Shown here one piece after another: positions 23,830 to 43,534 of a stretch of 64,000 bases of DNA; the stretch's first letter is position 1, and each line of letters begins with the position of its first letter. Source of the stretch: the human T2T-CHM13v2.0 reference genome, Homo sapiens. The stretch lies in assembly GCF_009914755.1 (NCBI RefSeq), contig NC_060935.1; one strand, given 5' to 3'. A model generated the notes under the pieces. That model had not been told where the DNA came from. It saw only the letters and a program-made list of their open reading frames with translations, and searched no databases. The translations under genes and the position numbers were made by a program.

Positions 23830-24990
23830 TTGACATGAAAGCGGTCATGGGAAACTGACCCTCCATGATACGAATCTGGGATTGTAATATGACCTGAGTG
23901 GGCCTGAATTCAACGATGACTTCATTGCCAGTGGAAAATGGGATACTGTGTCAGGGAAGAGTTCCAACCTCATGGAAGATGGCAAGGAGTAACAGGACTC
24001 CAAATTGACTTGCCACAACTCTATGGGTGCTGAAAGTAGGCAAGACCCAGTGGATCAGAAAAAGACAGCATAGCAAACAAAAGGGCCAAGAGCATGGTAG
24101 AGCAAGTTTCCTTGCCCTCAAATCCCACTAGTCAATACAATGGCCCAGATGGCAGCTATGCGTGCCTTGGGCCTGTGATGTCACCAAGGAACCCTGGGCT
24201 AAGGGCAGAACCTTTTATAGCAAGCAGTTAACAAGCCAGTCTCCTTCCCCTGGAGAGTGAATTGCTGGACGTTGTGGTCACCTTGACCTACCCCTACCTA
24301 CCTAACTGCTTTTGTGACTAATTATATAAACGATTCAGGGTCAGAAAATGGTTAGTCCTTGCAGTTTGGGACAAACAAGAATATACAAAGACATTTGGAG
24401 GTCGGCGAACTGCATCTCCCAAAACTGTCCACCGTAGTCCATGGCATGCAATAGCAAAAGTTACTTAAACTAGCATCTTGTGAATAACTGGGATGAAATG
24501 CCTTCAAAGGCAAGTCTTTGGAAGACCAAATGGCTGCTGAAATGCGCTACTAAGGCGAGAATTGTGACCAAGGATTTTAAGATGGATTAGTTGCTTCTGA
24601 CGGTGCTGAAGTTCTTATTAAAAAAAAAATTCAAGCTCAGGATTCTAAACTCTCAGTTAGGCATGTTCAGAAAACCAAAGAGCTTCCATTGTAGCTTTAA
24701 AATATATATGTATTTATAACTAGTATACAAAACTATATTTATATATTAATGTTAATTATATTAATATATAACCTATTATAGCTATGGGACTAAGATAATT
24801 GAAAGTCAGACCCAAATTTTAATCCTGTGGGTGCAGAATTACAATGTTCGTAGAAATCACAGGTGCCCCAGGTTTCTTACAGGAAAGTCAGAGCGTTAAA
24901 TGGGAAGAAATGGGATCCTGAAATATGGAATGGAAACATTTGGTTCACCTTGGAGAAATATGAGAATCTGGAATGCCTAAATCCTCCTGC
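23830..24990 (+). mobile_element. ERVL internal (gag) remnant interrupted by an antisense ERVL-class LTR (about 23949-24424, MER54/LTR53-like)
   Basis: 24869-24943 translates QVSYRKVRALNGKKWDPEIWNGNIW, the ERV-L gag motif (V..KVRALIGKEWDP.TWNG.VW). Confidence 0.75.
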
Positions 24991-25754
24991 ACTCCAGAAA
25001 AAATAAAAAAAGAAGTTTAAGGGCCTGTTTTCTATCTAACTTATTGGAGAAGAATGGGAATGTGATCTTTTTTAAAAAATCCATCTCTGCCTATCAAAGT
25101 GCGTGTGCATGTATGTGTGTGCATGTTGTGAGAAAGAAACAAAAATCTAGGATGCACATGTGCATAAATGCACACGCATCCCCCTAAGACCATTGGGAAA
25201 CTCTACGTTTGAAGACAGAATGTAAAAATTTAAAGCTCTTTCCAAGTCAAATGAATTTAGGTGTCCTGCTTCCTCCAAATCACTTTGGCTTTATGTCCCG
25301 CCCTGCGTGCTATTATACCGGAGGCAGGGAAGATCCATGAGGAAAAACAAACTTCTCAATAATAAATCTATCAGCTTTGGATGTATTCACAGCCTCTTGC
25401 CAAGTCTCATTTCAATCCTCCTCTTGGGGTCCCACATTTCCCTCTTCCATTTGTTCCACACTTATTATTTGTTTATTGAAATGCTCCACTTGCTAGGATA
25501 GGCTCCCAAGGAAGGAAATCATCTTGCTATTTGTTGTAGTTGAGATTCCAGGGATGAGAGGGGAGGGAGGTGCATGATTCCATGGTGCTACTGGGGCTCC
25601 AGGCAACACCCATAGAACTTCACTGGAACTGGAGCTCCCCTTCACTGACAACACTTCTTTGCAGTGATGACATTTCAACACTCTATATTTTTCTGAGGAT
25701 AAAGCAATTAGTAAGTCCAGGGACCTTCCTCTTAATTTATGGTCTCACAACTTA

Positions 25755-26970
<1,216 letters not shown>

Positions 26971-27289
26971 CAATACTGATAAACTGTTAAAAGAACAAAA
27001 GAAGTAAGTCCAAGGTGCTTTAGGATCATTTGAGCTGTGGGCAGAAGGTGGAGAAAGAGGAAATGCTTTCCTGAACCCCATCCTGATTGGTGAGGATGAA
27101 ATGGGGATGGCATTGATTCTGGAAGGGAAAGTAACCTATAAAGGCTTGGAGGGGAAGATATTGTGGTCTGTTCAGGAACATCAGGTCATTCCAAGTGACC
27201 AGAGGACTGAGTTTGAGGGAAAGGTAGCAAAACATGAGGCTGAGCCCCATTTTACACGTCTGGCAGATGATATTCAAAGAGAGGTAAAG

Positions 27290-27590
<301 letters not shown>

Positions 27591-28279
27591 AGAGGTTAAG
27601 TGCTTTGCCTAAGGTCACACTGCTCATAAGTGGCAGAGCTGGGATGGGAATCAGGGTCTGACACAGCTATAGCCCAGGGTGCTGTGGAGAATCAAGCTCC
27701 CATCCTGAGTTGAGGACTCAAAGCCCAAGAAGAGGGATCTTGGATTGATTGATGTTGGTGTTGGGCCATCAAATACATTAGGAGAGGCAGGATTGCCTTT
27801 AGTGCCCTCTAGGGGCAAGGGCAGGGGACCACCTAGCAGAAATCATTTTCTTACGGGATCTCCTTACATGAAGGGAGAACTACTGGGCATGGGCAACTGG
27901 ATTAAGGTCTGGCAAATTAACACACAGAATCACAATTATAGAAAATTGAGTATGAACAGTTTCTAGTTCTCATGCTTTTGAGCTTTTCAGTCTCGTGCCA
28001 ACTCCAGGAATCTTTGCTGGAGATGTCGGCCTGCTGCCCAAGTACTCTAGCAATAATTATATACAACTGTAAGTAGCTATCATTTACTAAGCTCCAAAGA
28101 CTTTACACATGTCATCTTGTTTAACTTTATAACTATCCAACAAAGCTGATAATCCTACTCCTATTTTCAGAAAATTGGGGATCTATGAGATTTGTGACTT
28201 GAATAAGTTCATACAGCTAGTAAGAGTTAATAACAAGAGTTAAATGCTTAAATGCTTACCATGTGCCAGATTCCATGCT

Positions 28280-28846
28280 GTAACAGACTGTGTTGCTTGC
28301 CTACCCAGTAGCCATCCTGCCCCTTCGCTGCTAACAGAATTCTAATTTTACCCAGCAATCCATCCAGCAGGAAAAGAGGCTCTATCTCCAGTATAACTGG
28401 CCAAGCCAATCATAGTGATCCCATTCCTCCTTTGTCAGCAATTGGATTAAAGGCAGGCTTATTACCCAGCTCTGGCCAAAGATGTGGGGGAGAGTATCAG
28501 TGAGATGTTTCTGGGAAAGGTTTTCTTATTTTTAGAAAGACACAAAAGAAAGAGATGACCCTTTTCTGCTTTGTATATTGTAGTATCTGGATATAATGCT
28601 GGGAACTGTGGCACCCATCTTATGACCATGAGGGAAGCCAGCCTAGGAAAGTCTATATACCAAGGTTGGAAAAGCATTAAGATGAAAAGAAGAGTTTTTG
28701 ATGAATTAACCAATCCTGAAACTTCCTTACTTCTAGACTTCCTGTTATATGAGATGATACATTTTCCTTGTGTATTCTGCCATGTTTCAGCCATTTAGAG
28801 TTTTGGTTTGTTACTTGGAGCTAAAGACATCGTAGCTGACACACAT
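28280..28846 (+). mobile_element. LTR33-like ERVL LTR
   Basis: Starts tgtaacagactgtgttgcttgcctaccca; contains cccatcttatgaccatgaggga; ends tgacacaca. Confidence 0.65.
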
Positions 28847-29344
28847 GTATTTTCTCATTTAATTTTCACCAAAAATCCATGAGGATAGTGTTATTATCCC
28901 TATTTTACATATTAGAAAATGAAGGCTCAGAGAAGGTGGGTAATTTTCCCAAAGTCATAGAGATAAGAAATGGCATAATAGCATTTGAACCTGGTTCTGC
29001 TTAATTCCAGAGTTCTTAACCACATCATACTAAGCAAAACAATGAAAATTAAACCTGTTCTGGCTGGCTCCAAAGGCCATGCTCTTTCCTTCATGTTTTA
29101 TTGCCTCCTAATTTATGGGATGAAATTCCAAGAAACTTGAATCTATGATGTATGGTACTTAAAATATGATGTCTCCTCCCGTCCCTTCACTCCCCATGGG
29201 GATGAGGTAGGCTAGCTACACAATGCAGGGGAGGATGATTGCAAAGGACGCCTGAGTTGGCCTGGTCTTGGTTCCCTGTTACCAGTGGACTGGGCCTTTC
29301 TTACTACTGTGGCTTGAGAACATCTGGCAAAAAGGACAGCCTGG

Positions 29345-30662
<1,318 letters not shown>

Positions 30663-31959
30663 TAGCATTTTGGGGTCAGCCTGGGACAGGTCCAACATGC
30701 CAGGGCAGATAATTTGGTTTGAATTTGGTAGGAAATGAGGAGCTGCCCAAGACTTTTGATCAGAAGCATGACATATTTAGCATTATGTTCTAATGTATAG
30801 TAATTCCACGGGTACAAGCAGAATTGAGGTGGGAAAAGATGGAGGAGCAGAGAGATCAATTTGAAGACTTAGGGAATCCCTTCTCCCTGACCATGTAGTG
30901 AAAGCACTGTTTCTAAGACCAGCAGCGCCCAAGTGTCTGGCTTACTGCAGAAAGCCAACTTCAGTGGCTTGGGAGGAAGCTCACACCTCACTCAGGGTTC
31001 CCACCTAGCTGGGAGCTCACACATGTCATAATGTACACAGCAGAGGCACTGACAGAACCAGAGGACTGGGATCAGTTACATGGGGAGAGGAGCTGAGCTG
31101 CAGAGAATCATCAATGAAGACAGGAGGCCCCCACAGAGCCCAAGGCAGCCTCCTTTCACCAGCTACATGGAGCTCAGAAGCAGCAGTTCGAGACTCTGAG
31201 AGGGCAGGAGGGTTCAGATTAGTGGAAGTGCGGTGCAGTCCCAGGATGTGAGGGTGGGGCAAGGGGAAGCAGGGGCGAGACTGAAGGACCCAGCAACCCT
31301 CTTACTGAGAAGCTGGGCCAGTTCTGCATCATTACAGGGAGTGGCTCTGGCCTTTAGGCCCTAGATCCTGGAGTTGGAGGTTATGCTGCATTTCCTCTCT
31401 GCTGTCACTGGCTGCATTAGCTGCCTGTGGCCCCCAACAAGCTCTTTTTTGTGCCCTCCCAATTTCTTTCTACTTGATTCATCACTTATTTGAGGCTCTG
31501 AGAATCAGTGTTTGCCTCTCTTTGACAATCTCTGGCCAGAGACGTACATGTCTCTTACACCTTCTTTAAGACTAGAACACCCAGCACATTCCTGCTTGAC
31601 GGTCTGTGAGCATCACAAGTTTTATGAAAGTAAGGTGGCCCGGTGAAGTTATTATTCTTTATATAGTAAATCCTGTAGGTAACATAAACAAGTGAAGAGA
31701 ACTGGTTTAAGAGAAAGTTGCAGTGTTTTAATGGATATACTTTGTTTCTTTATTTCCACAAAGAAACATGCTGTTCCCCATTTTCTGAAATGCCTGGCTC
31801 TAACCTTCAACTCTTTACTTTTCACAGAGATACTGGTAGTGAGAAATGTTTCTCCCCCTAAAGAAAAACAAGAGTGCAGGGGTATGAGGACAAAGAGGTG
31901 CGGTGGAGACTAGCGAGTTACAAAACACATACGGCACTTAAGAAGGACAAGCAATGAAT

Positions 31960-32126
31960 GACAGCCTAGTGTGGCCAGATCACCTGATTTTTCCACAGAA
32001 GCTGGAAATCCAGAATTTTATGTAAAACCTCCCAGTTTTAAAACACTGGCAAAGCAAATGTAAAAAAATTATGTGGGGCAAACAAAGCACATCTCTGGGC
32101 CAAATCCTGATAATTTACCACCTCTG
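31960..32126 (+). mobile_element. MER102-like hAT-Charlie fragment
   Basis: ccagatcacctgattttt...gaaatccagaattttatgt...ccacctctg. Confidence 0.6.
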
Positions 32127-33309
32127 TCCTACAGTGTCAGGTCTAAGTTCATTAGCTTGGAACTCAAGCCATCCACCACCTGACATTTGTTCATTTCCCC
32201 CCACTTCTCAACGGCACGTTCACACTCTTCTCACCACACCAACCCACCTGCGGTGCCACACCCTGATCTCTCCTGTCTTCATACCTCTGCATTGCTGGTC
32301 TCTGTCTACAATGCATATTCTCCCTTTCTCTGCCTGGGAATCCCCTATGCAGTTTCTCATTACTCAGATCAATCCACACTTCCTTTTGACAATTACCCTT
32401 CTCTTTCTAAGTTTAGGTGCTCTTCATTCTTTCTATACTTCCATAGTACCCTAAACTTATTTCAACCAGATCTCTTACCACACCATCCTGGAATTGCTGG
32501 TCGCCTTGTCTGTTGTTCACCAGTTTGAGTACTCCCCGAGGGCAGGGACTTTCATAGTCTCTGACCTGAGAACCTAGGGTATGGGGTAAGAAATATGCCA
32601 AGAAAGAGAAAGTATTTAATCAGATGGGAAAAATGAAAATTCAAATAAGATAGCCAGAAGCCTGAACATTTGATGGTCTAAGAGGTGATAGCAGGTCATA
32701 AACAGAGGTCAAGCTCAGGATTCAGGAATCAGGATAATTAAAACAGGTTCGAAAGTGAAATGTGGTGAATGGTTTAAGATATGAGCTGTGGATGAGGTGA
32801 GGGTGTCTGGGGCCTGATTTTGCAGGGTGCCGAGAGTGTGACAGACACAGAGATGGGTCTCACTGCCTTAATATGTTAGTACTGGGTTCTACTACCAGCT
32901 TGATAGTCTGATGAGCTTCTCTGTTTCAAGGACTAATTTTCTCAGCAAACATCTACTGGGCATCTACTCTGTGCCAGACATTGTTAGGCATCATAAATAT
33001 AGAGAGGAATCAGATATGACCCATGTGCTTGAGCTTAAGGTCTAATGGAGGAAATAGACACATAAATAGATAATGAGAATAAAATGAAATATATACACAA
33101 CAGAAAGCAGCACATGGGGACTATGATAGCACAGAGGAAGGGCTCCAGATTCATTAAGACACAGAAATGGTCATTTCCCTGAGGTCAGACAGCTACAGAG
33201 GTGCAGACCCAGAATTAGAGCCCAGCACTGTTAGACTTCTAAGTCCAATTTTTTTTCCACTGTAGGAAACTGGGAGAAGACAGAAATCACTTTATGGTTA
33301 TGGAGAAAA

Positions 33310-34657
<1,348 letters not shown>

Positions 34658-35858
34658 TAATCAAATAGATAGACCAATGGACTAAGGTTAGAAGTCCAGC
34701 TTCACCAACATATCCATAACTCCAGTACCCTGCATTTAGTAGTTCAGAAAATGTTTGTTCAGTTGGATTGATGTTTAGGTTGCTTTAGGTTCTTTAATGG
34801 TACAGATATCATTGCAAAGAACGGCTTCTAGGAAACTTTTGTTTTGCTTTTGCTTCTGTTTCTTTTCCTATGGTCAGTTCAAGAGTGTATAGTCATTTAT
34901 GGCCCAGGCTTTGAAGATTTGACCCAGGACAATATCTGTTGTGTTGGCTTTATGTGCTCTTCATCTCTTGGGGTATGATAGATTTTCCTCTGGCTTTGAT
35001 TTTTCTCACTCCCTCACCTTCTGTCCCTTGCAAAAACAGAGAAAAACCTCACTCTTGTGCATTTACTCCAAAGAAAATATTTCACACTCTAATCAGATCA
35101 TCAAAAAGCACATATTGGGTTACACTTATGGGAATGCTTCTCTGGCCTGGCTAGGCTGGAAGTGGGAGAAACAAAAACATCTGGAAATTGAGGCTCTGCT
35201 TACTTGGGCTGAATGGACAGCAATCAACTCTGAAACACTTAATTGCAGGGAAATTTTCTCTTTGCTACTTAGACCATTCAGCACTTGCTGGGAGAAGACA
35301 TGTTGCATGCTCACTTTATCTTCTGGAAAGCTGGATTAGATGTTACATTTCAGTTAGAAAACCATTTACGGAATGTCTCTCCTAAACTAGTCCCTCTGCT
35401 AGTTGTTGGAGATAGTGCCTTGAGGTGTTTTCAGCTTATGGGGGAGGGTAACACAATGAGTTACAGCACAAGTCAGCATATAGTGCTAGAAAAGAGGCAT
35501 AAACAAGGCATTATGGAACAGAGAAGAGGGCAATAGCTGATAAGGGGGTGGTGGAGTAGGTGAAGGAACCTAAGAGGGATGTTAAAGGATGTATAGGCAG
35601 AGGAAATTAACAGTTATTAAGCACTGAGATTTCACAGAGGAAGATGAATAAGCCTAACAATCATGCATTGATAATCTATCCTGTGCCAGTCACTGAGCTA
35701 GGTAGTTTACATATTTTATCACATTAAATCTTCCCTAAAACCGGCCAGGTGCAGTGACTCACATCTGTAATCCCAGCCCTTTGGGAGGCCGAGGTGGGCG
35801 GATTGCTTGAGCTCAGGCACTTGAGACCAGCCGGGGCAATACAGCAGAACCCCATCTC

Positions 35859-35890
<32 letters not shown>

Positions 35891-37814
35891 ATTTTCCCCA
35901 TAACCCACCTGGAAGAAACTGAGGCACAAAGAGGTAATTTGTTTAAGAGCTTCAAAGAGGTAGAATTGGGATTCAAATCTAGATTTCTCTGACTTCCAAG
36001 AACATTCTCTGCTCCCCCTTGTGCTTGGAGAATTATTTTCAAAAGACAGTGAGATGGATTATGAAGAGCAAAAAGGATTTTGACAGATTTTGAAAGGCAC
36101 AGAGGTGCAAGAAGGGATGGCATTCTAGGCAGAGGAGTAATCAGAGGGGTACAGCCACAGGGCAGGGTGTGAAGGTGCAAGGCCTGTTTGAGGCACTGTA
36201 GGCAATCTAGTGGGACTGCAGGAAGACATTGCCACATGCCCATACCACTGTCTTCTCAAATTCAGCAGGCCAATCATCAGTTCAACACTGCTAGGGGATT
36301 CAGAGCTCAAAAAGCCTCAGTCCTTGCTCCCAAGGAGTCTCCAATCTAATTATGATCTGGTGAGATAACTGCCATTACTACTGATTGCCTTGTATGTTTC
36401 AGCACAGAATGTATGTGTGTGTGTGCATGCAAATACTCATTCAAGCATTATTTGGACCATTTCCTTCCCATAATTATTTCTTGACACATATACTCCCTGG
36501 GCTCTCCATAAGCGTGTGTTCCTTTATTACCTCTGCCTTCAGCAAGGCTTGTATTTGAACTACTGGCCTTGCAGCGGTAAGTTTAAAGCCCATAGCATCT
36601 CAACAAGTGTCCTTTCAATTTGACAAAGACCTGACGTGATCTTCCATTAGCTCACTTAGAAAATACTGCTCAACTCTGGGGTTGCAAAGAAAAGATCTTA
36701 ATTGGAACTGACAAGAAAGTGGACACCTTCTACCATTTCTCTGCAGACTTCACAAGTGCTCAACACTTCTTGAAAGAGAGTATGGCTCCAAGCCTTTCCA
36801 TTTAGCTGGCTGGAGCAGAGTTTTAAAAATGCACTTCATCTCTGGCAAATCACAGCAGAACACCATCAACAGCTGGAAACTCTCTGAGGTGAAGACAAGT
36901 TGGATATTATGCTTGGATTTATAGCCCCCTACCCCATGATAGCTGATTTCCATTTCTGACAGGGTTATTATTTCCATCTTTATAAAGTATCTTGAATTTC
37001 ACCTTGGATAATTACTGATTATCATCAGCTCCTCACCTGAGGCATCTTAGCACTTGGGTGAACATTTAAAAAAGGGGCTTTTTTTTTTCCCAAAAATGAA
37101 CTGGGGAAAACTCAGTGTGTGAGACTATGTCTTTATTTCTATTTTCATTTGCAATCCCCTTTGGTTTTCTAATGATCAAGCCATTCATCAGTGTCAATTC
37201 ACCATCCAGAGTACAGGCAGTGTTTTTGCCACTTGGGTTCCAGTATGGATTAAATGGTAATAACTTGTGTTACTAAGTCTGGTGGTACTATGGTAAACAT
37301 AGATCCAAAAAGTTTTAGGGCATAGACAAGATCTCAGTAGCCATCTAAGGTTTTTATTCAAGGATGTACGTCACAATCTTCCAAAATTTAATAGAGCTCT
37401 GCAAGTTATTCTGACAAGTACTCCCAGTTGAGGACCACTAAGAGTCTAACATCCCTCATCTTGCTTTTCAAGGTTGCCATTCTATGAGTACTTTTTTTTA
37501 TGTCTTCATGCCTGCCTTTGCTTTTCCTAGTTTCTCTGCCTTGCTATCTTTGATACTCTCTCCTCACTACTCTGCCTGGTGAAATGCTGTTCACTTTATG
37601 AGGTCTAGCCCAAATGCCACCTCTGCTATGAAGCCTTCTGTGATGGAAAGAATCCTTCTTTTTTTTTTCCCCTACTCTCATAGCACAGTACCTTTAGGAA
37701 CATCCTGTGTTATTACCTTCTTCTATAATGTATACAGCTATCTGCATGTCTATCTTCCCATCCCATCTTCCCCACTCAACTACGAGCTCCAGAAGAATAA
37801 AGGTTGTACCTTTT

Positions 37815-38415
<601 letters not shown>

Positions 38416-39749
38416 TAAAGTTTGTTCCTTATTCATCTTCATATCTCCAGGGCCTGGCATGGAATGGGGCCTGGTGCTCATTCTTTGAATAAATGAGGAA
38501 GCTGAAAAGTGAAGAGACTTTACATTGGTTCACTTAATTTAGCCAGATCTGGACTTCCTCTGCATTTATTCAGTAAATTGCTTATAAAGAAAGATGTGCA
38601 AGGATGTGAAGGAGAAGGACCTAAATGGCCATGATATTAGTTTTAAATATTATTTGTAAAACATCACTTTCCTAACAAAAGCAATAATAGCTGGTTTAAT
38701 CTGAATTAGTAATGAAAGAATGGATATCAACTTGAACCTCAGGATGCGTTTTCAGGAAAGCAATCTCACAAAATTCTAAAACTTAATTGACTGCCTCAAT
38801 CAGTGGAAGAAAATATTAGCCTGAAAATCAGGAGACCTGCTTCCTGGTTCCTGTATGACTTAGAACAAATTGCTTCACCTTTCTGGGTCTCAGACTTCTC
38901 TTATATAAGATGGGGCAGTTAAAGTGGAATATCTCTGAGGTTTTTTCTAGCTCTGAAGTTCTATATCCTTAGCCAGAATCATTAGTTGACTGATGTCACA
39001 GTTTCTTTATTTTGGCTCTACTCCATATTTAGGAGAATGAAATATTCTTAATAAGATAGAGTTTTACAAAATATATTTTGACATTATAATGATAATATAA
39101 ATACCTAAAAGGAAAGTTGGAAATAGAGAAAAGAAAAAAGAATCATCCATAGCTCCACTACCCTAATATGTTAATGTTTGGACATGTTTTCTTCCTTTTT
39201 TTTTTTTTTTTTTTTTTTGAGACAGAGTCTCACTCTGTTGCCAAGGCTGGAGTGCAGTGGCATGATCTCGGCTCACTGTAACCTCTGCCTCCCCAGTTCA
39301 AGTGATTCTTCTGCCTCAGCCTCCTGAGTAGCTGGGATTACAGGCACATGCCAGCACGCCCACCTAATTTTTGTATTTTTAGTAGAGACAGGGTTTCACC
39401 ACGTTGGTCAGGCTGGTCTCAAACTCCTGACCTCGTGATCACCCGCCTCGGCCTCCCAAAGTGTTGGGATTACAGGTGTGAGCCACTGCACCCGGCCTCT
39501 TCCATTTTGTTTTTATATTCACATGCATATGCTTTTCCACTTATTATAAGCATTTTTCTTGATGTCAATTATTTGTAACGTTCATTTAAAATGACTCCAT
39601 AGTGAGTAGATGCTTGGGATAGGTAAATACTCTTCTATTGCAAGATAATTAGGTTGTCTTCAAGTTTTTGATAGCATTGAAATTCATATCCCTGTAAATA
39701 TAATTCTTTCCATCTTTTGGATTATTCCCACAAATAGGAATCCTATATC

Positions 39750-40252
39750 AAAGGTACAGCAGAGGAAAAACATCTTTTCCTTCTACCCTTCTAAGTTCTG
39801 AAGTCCTGGTAACAAAAGACAGATTAACAAAAGAAAAGCATTCAAATCTATTTAATGTAAATTTTACATGATATAGGAACCATCATAAGGAAATAAAGAC
39901 CCAAATAAATTGCTAAACCTAAGCACTTACATGCGAGGTTTGATGAAGAGTGGAAAGTTGTGGAAAAATATGATAGGACAAAGTGGGTATAAGCTAAGGT
40001 TAATAAGCTGGGGGAAACTTAGCAAGGCCTGTTTGCTCAGATTCTTCTTGGTGCCCCTCTATCTTGGAGAAAAGGATGTTAGGGATAGCACCTCTCACAA
40101 GTGCTAAGAGGTTCCTAAGACCTGCTTCGGGGAGAAGGGCGGGAGGAGGTCAGAGAGATCTTCCTGCATCAGTCATTTTCTCAAACTCCTTTAGCTTAAA
40201 TATTCAATATGCCAAGATGCCATATTTTGGGGTAGTGTATTTTGAGCCCCAT
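39750..40252 (-). mobile_element. MER31-like ERV1 LTR
   Basis: End cttaaatattcaatatgccaagatgccatattttggggtag matches the recalled MER31/MER67 5' LTR. Confidence 0.75.
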
Positions 40253-40289
40253 AGAAGGGTATGAACGTTTGAGTGACTCTTATTACACA

Positions 40290-41040
40290 TTTCCATGGTG
40301 TATTTCAGTGAGCGACCGTGATTTTGCTCTGCAGCATTCTTTCACCTTCCTCTGACAGCAGTACCCCAATTTTCCTAAGGGAAACCAAGCCCGCCTTCGC
40401 ACTCACTCCATGTTTTTCGGGAATAACTGACTTTACCCACATCGCTTCCTCTCTCCCCAGAGTAACATGTGGTTCACACCTGGCAAATCAGGGCATTACA
40501 TGCTCCTGTCTACAGTTCAGGGATGGGCATGTGACCCAGATAGAGCCCATAGCAACAGAGCAAGGAGATTTTGGTAAGACTGTTCATGAGATGGCAGGTG
40601 CTCTTTTCTGCTGAGGCTGTAAGCAGGGTGGATGATGTAAACCTGGGGCTGCTGGGAACCAACAGATGGAACCTGAGTATGAAGCGAACACAGATAGCAG
40701 AGCTCAGAGATGAGGAGATACTAAGACTGGCTCTGTTTGAATCCCTAGATCAGTAATGCCTGAAGCCAAAACTACCCCACAACTTTTCAGTTAGTGAACA
40801 ACAAACATTCTTTTTTTTTTTTTTTTTTTTAAGAGACAGGGTCTCACTCTGTCATCCAAACACAACATAGCTCACTGTAAGCTCAAATTCCTGGGCTCAA
40901 GCCATCCTCCTGCTGTAGCCTCCTGAGTATCTAGGACTAGAGGTGCGCATCACCATGTCCAACTAATCCATTGTTTAAGCCATTTCATTCATTTGTTCAT
41001 GTTTGTCACCAAAAGAAAAACAAAGCCTAATTGGTATAGG
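40290..41040 (+). mobile_element. LTR16-like ERVL LTR with an Alu monomer
   Basis: gggatgggcatgtgaccca, tgcctgaagcc, acttttcagtta motifs. Confidence 0.6.
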
Positions 41041-41203
41041 TGGGCTTTTTGTTTTCTTTTCTCTCTCTTTTTTTTTTTGAGGCTGGAGTGCAGTGGCATA
41101 AACAAGGATGTCTCATTTCAGCCTCCACCTCCTGGGCTCAAGTGATCCTTCTGCTTCAGCTTCCTAAGTATCTGGGACCATGGGTGCATGCCATCAAACT
41201 TGG

Positions 41204-41237
<34 letters not shown>

Positions 41238-43534
41238 TAGAGACAGGGTTTTGTCATGTTGCCCAAGCTGGTCTCGGATTCCTGGGCTCAGGTGATCCTC
41301 CTGCCTCAGCCTCCCAAACTGCTGGGATTACAGACATGAGCCACCATGCCTGCCCTGTTTTAATTTTCACTTTTTAAAAAATTAATCAACTTGATTTTTT
41401 AGAGAAATTTTAAGTTCATAGCAAAATTGGGGATATTGTGTATATCCCATCCCCATACATGCACAACCTCCCTCACTATCAACATCCTGCACCAAAGCGG
41501 TGTGCTTGCTACAATCAATAAACTTACACTGACATAGCATCAGTCACTGAAAGCCCATCATTTACACCAGGGTTCACTCTTGGTGTTGTCCATTCTATGG
41601 GTTATGACAAATGTATAATGCCACGAATCCACCATTATAGTGCTTTTTACTTTTATTGAGATACAATCTATATAAAGCACATAAATCATTTACGTACAGC
41701 CTAATAAACTTTCACATATGCAATATCTATACATATAGCCCCTACTCAGATCAAAATATAGAAGATTGATAGCATCCTAGTAGGCTCCCACGTGTTCTAT
41801 AGGTCGCTCCCTAAAGGTATTTACTATTCAGACCTCTATCACTATAGATTATTTTCAACTGCTTTTGAACTTTATATAATATAAATGAAATCTCACCCTT
41901 TGATATCCAAGAATTGTTTTATTTTTGTTTTTTAAGCCACATGCATGGATATGTTCTACGGTCATCATGGCATATTTATAAGTAGCTAAATCTTCTACAT
42001 TTTATCTCCAGCATTGGACCATGGTAACTGACATTCAGAATAAACACTTTTTTTTTTCTTTGAGACAGGTTTTCACTTTTTCACCTAGGCTGGAGTGCAG
42101 TGGCATGATCATGGCTCACTGTAACCTCAAATTCCTTAGCTGAAGCAATCCTCCTGCCTCAGTCCCAAGTAGCTAGGACTATGGATACATGCCACCACAC
42201 CTGGCTAATTTTTAAAAAATGTTTTTATAGAGATGGAGTCTCACTATGTTGCCCAGGCTGTGAATAAACACTCTTAAAATGCTGCAAGTTTCAATTTATT
42301 AAACATATTCAATACGCTTTTCAAGAATCTACAATTTGCCAAGCACTATATTAAAGGCTGGATATAATAAAAAAGGGGTGTAGTTCCTTCCTTCAAGGAG
42401 CTTTGGCATTGGCAACTACCATGGAAACAAGCAATTATATTCTATATTATTAAAGAAAGAATAAATTTCATTCATTATCTGATACTGGGAAAGTGGGGGT
42501 ATAGATTTGAGGAAGAACGTTCATTTACTGAAATATTTATTGTGCTCATCTAGGTCCTGGGCATGGAGAATACAAAGAATCTTGGCCTATGCCTTCTAGA
42601 AGCTTCCTACCTGCTAGAAGGAATTATTATCTCAATACAGTCTGATAATTACCTAAAGTATGGCATGAAACAGGTGCCTTGGGAACCTACAGGAGGAAAA
42701 CTGATTGTGCCTGGTGTGGGAGGAGGTGAGGCTTCTAAAAAAGAGGGAATTTGGCCAAGTCTCTTGGACAAAGAGCAGAGTGCAGTGGGAGCATCCCAAA
42801 GATTGATCTCCATGCTTCCACTTTTACACTCTTATTCTCATTCTCACAGTATCAAATATTATGTCTAACATTTGAAAATGGCCTGGCATTTTCTCCTAAA
42901 GTTGAACACATGAATATTTAACTTTAGGACAAAAGTTGACCCAACAATTTCTCTAAGTCTTGGGTTCAAATGACTTAGAGAAATTCATAATTTCAATAGG
43001 CGGCATGAACAAGAATATTCAGAGCAAACTGTTCACATGAACAAAAACAATAAAATGTTCATCAATGGGAGAATGGGTGAAAAAATGGATAAATTCACAC
43101 AATGGAGAAACAACAGTTAAAATAAATGAACCATAGCAACATGCGACAATATGGATGACTCTTAGCAATATAAATAAAAACAGTAAATAAATTCTAAAAT
43201 ATTACATACAGCATCACATACTTTTCATGGTATAGATTTTTTTTTTTTTTTTTTGAGACGGAGTCTCACTCTGTCGCCCAGGCTGGAGTGCAGTGGCGTG
43301 ATCTCGGCTCACTGCAAGCTCCGCCTCGCGGGTTCATGCTATTCTCCTGCCTCAGCCTCCTGAGTTGCTGGGATCACAGGTGCCCGCCACCACGCCCGGC
43401 TGTTTTTTTGTATTTTTAGTAGAGGCGGGGTTTCGCTACGTTGGCCAGGCTGGTCTCAAACTCCTCACCTCATGATCCTCCCGACTCGGCATCTCAAAGT
43501 GTTGTGATTACAGGAGTGAGCCACTGTGCCCGGC

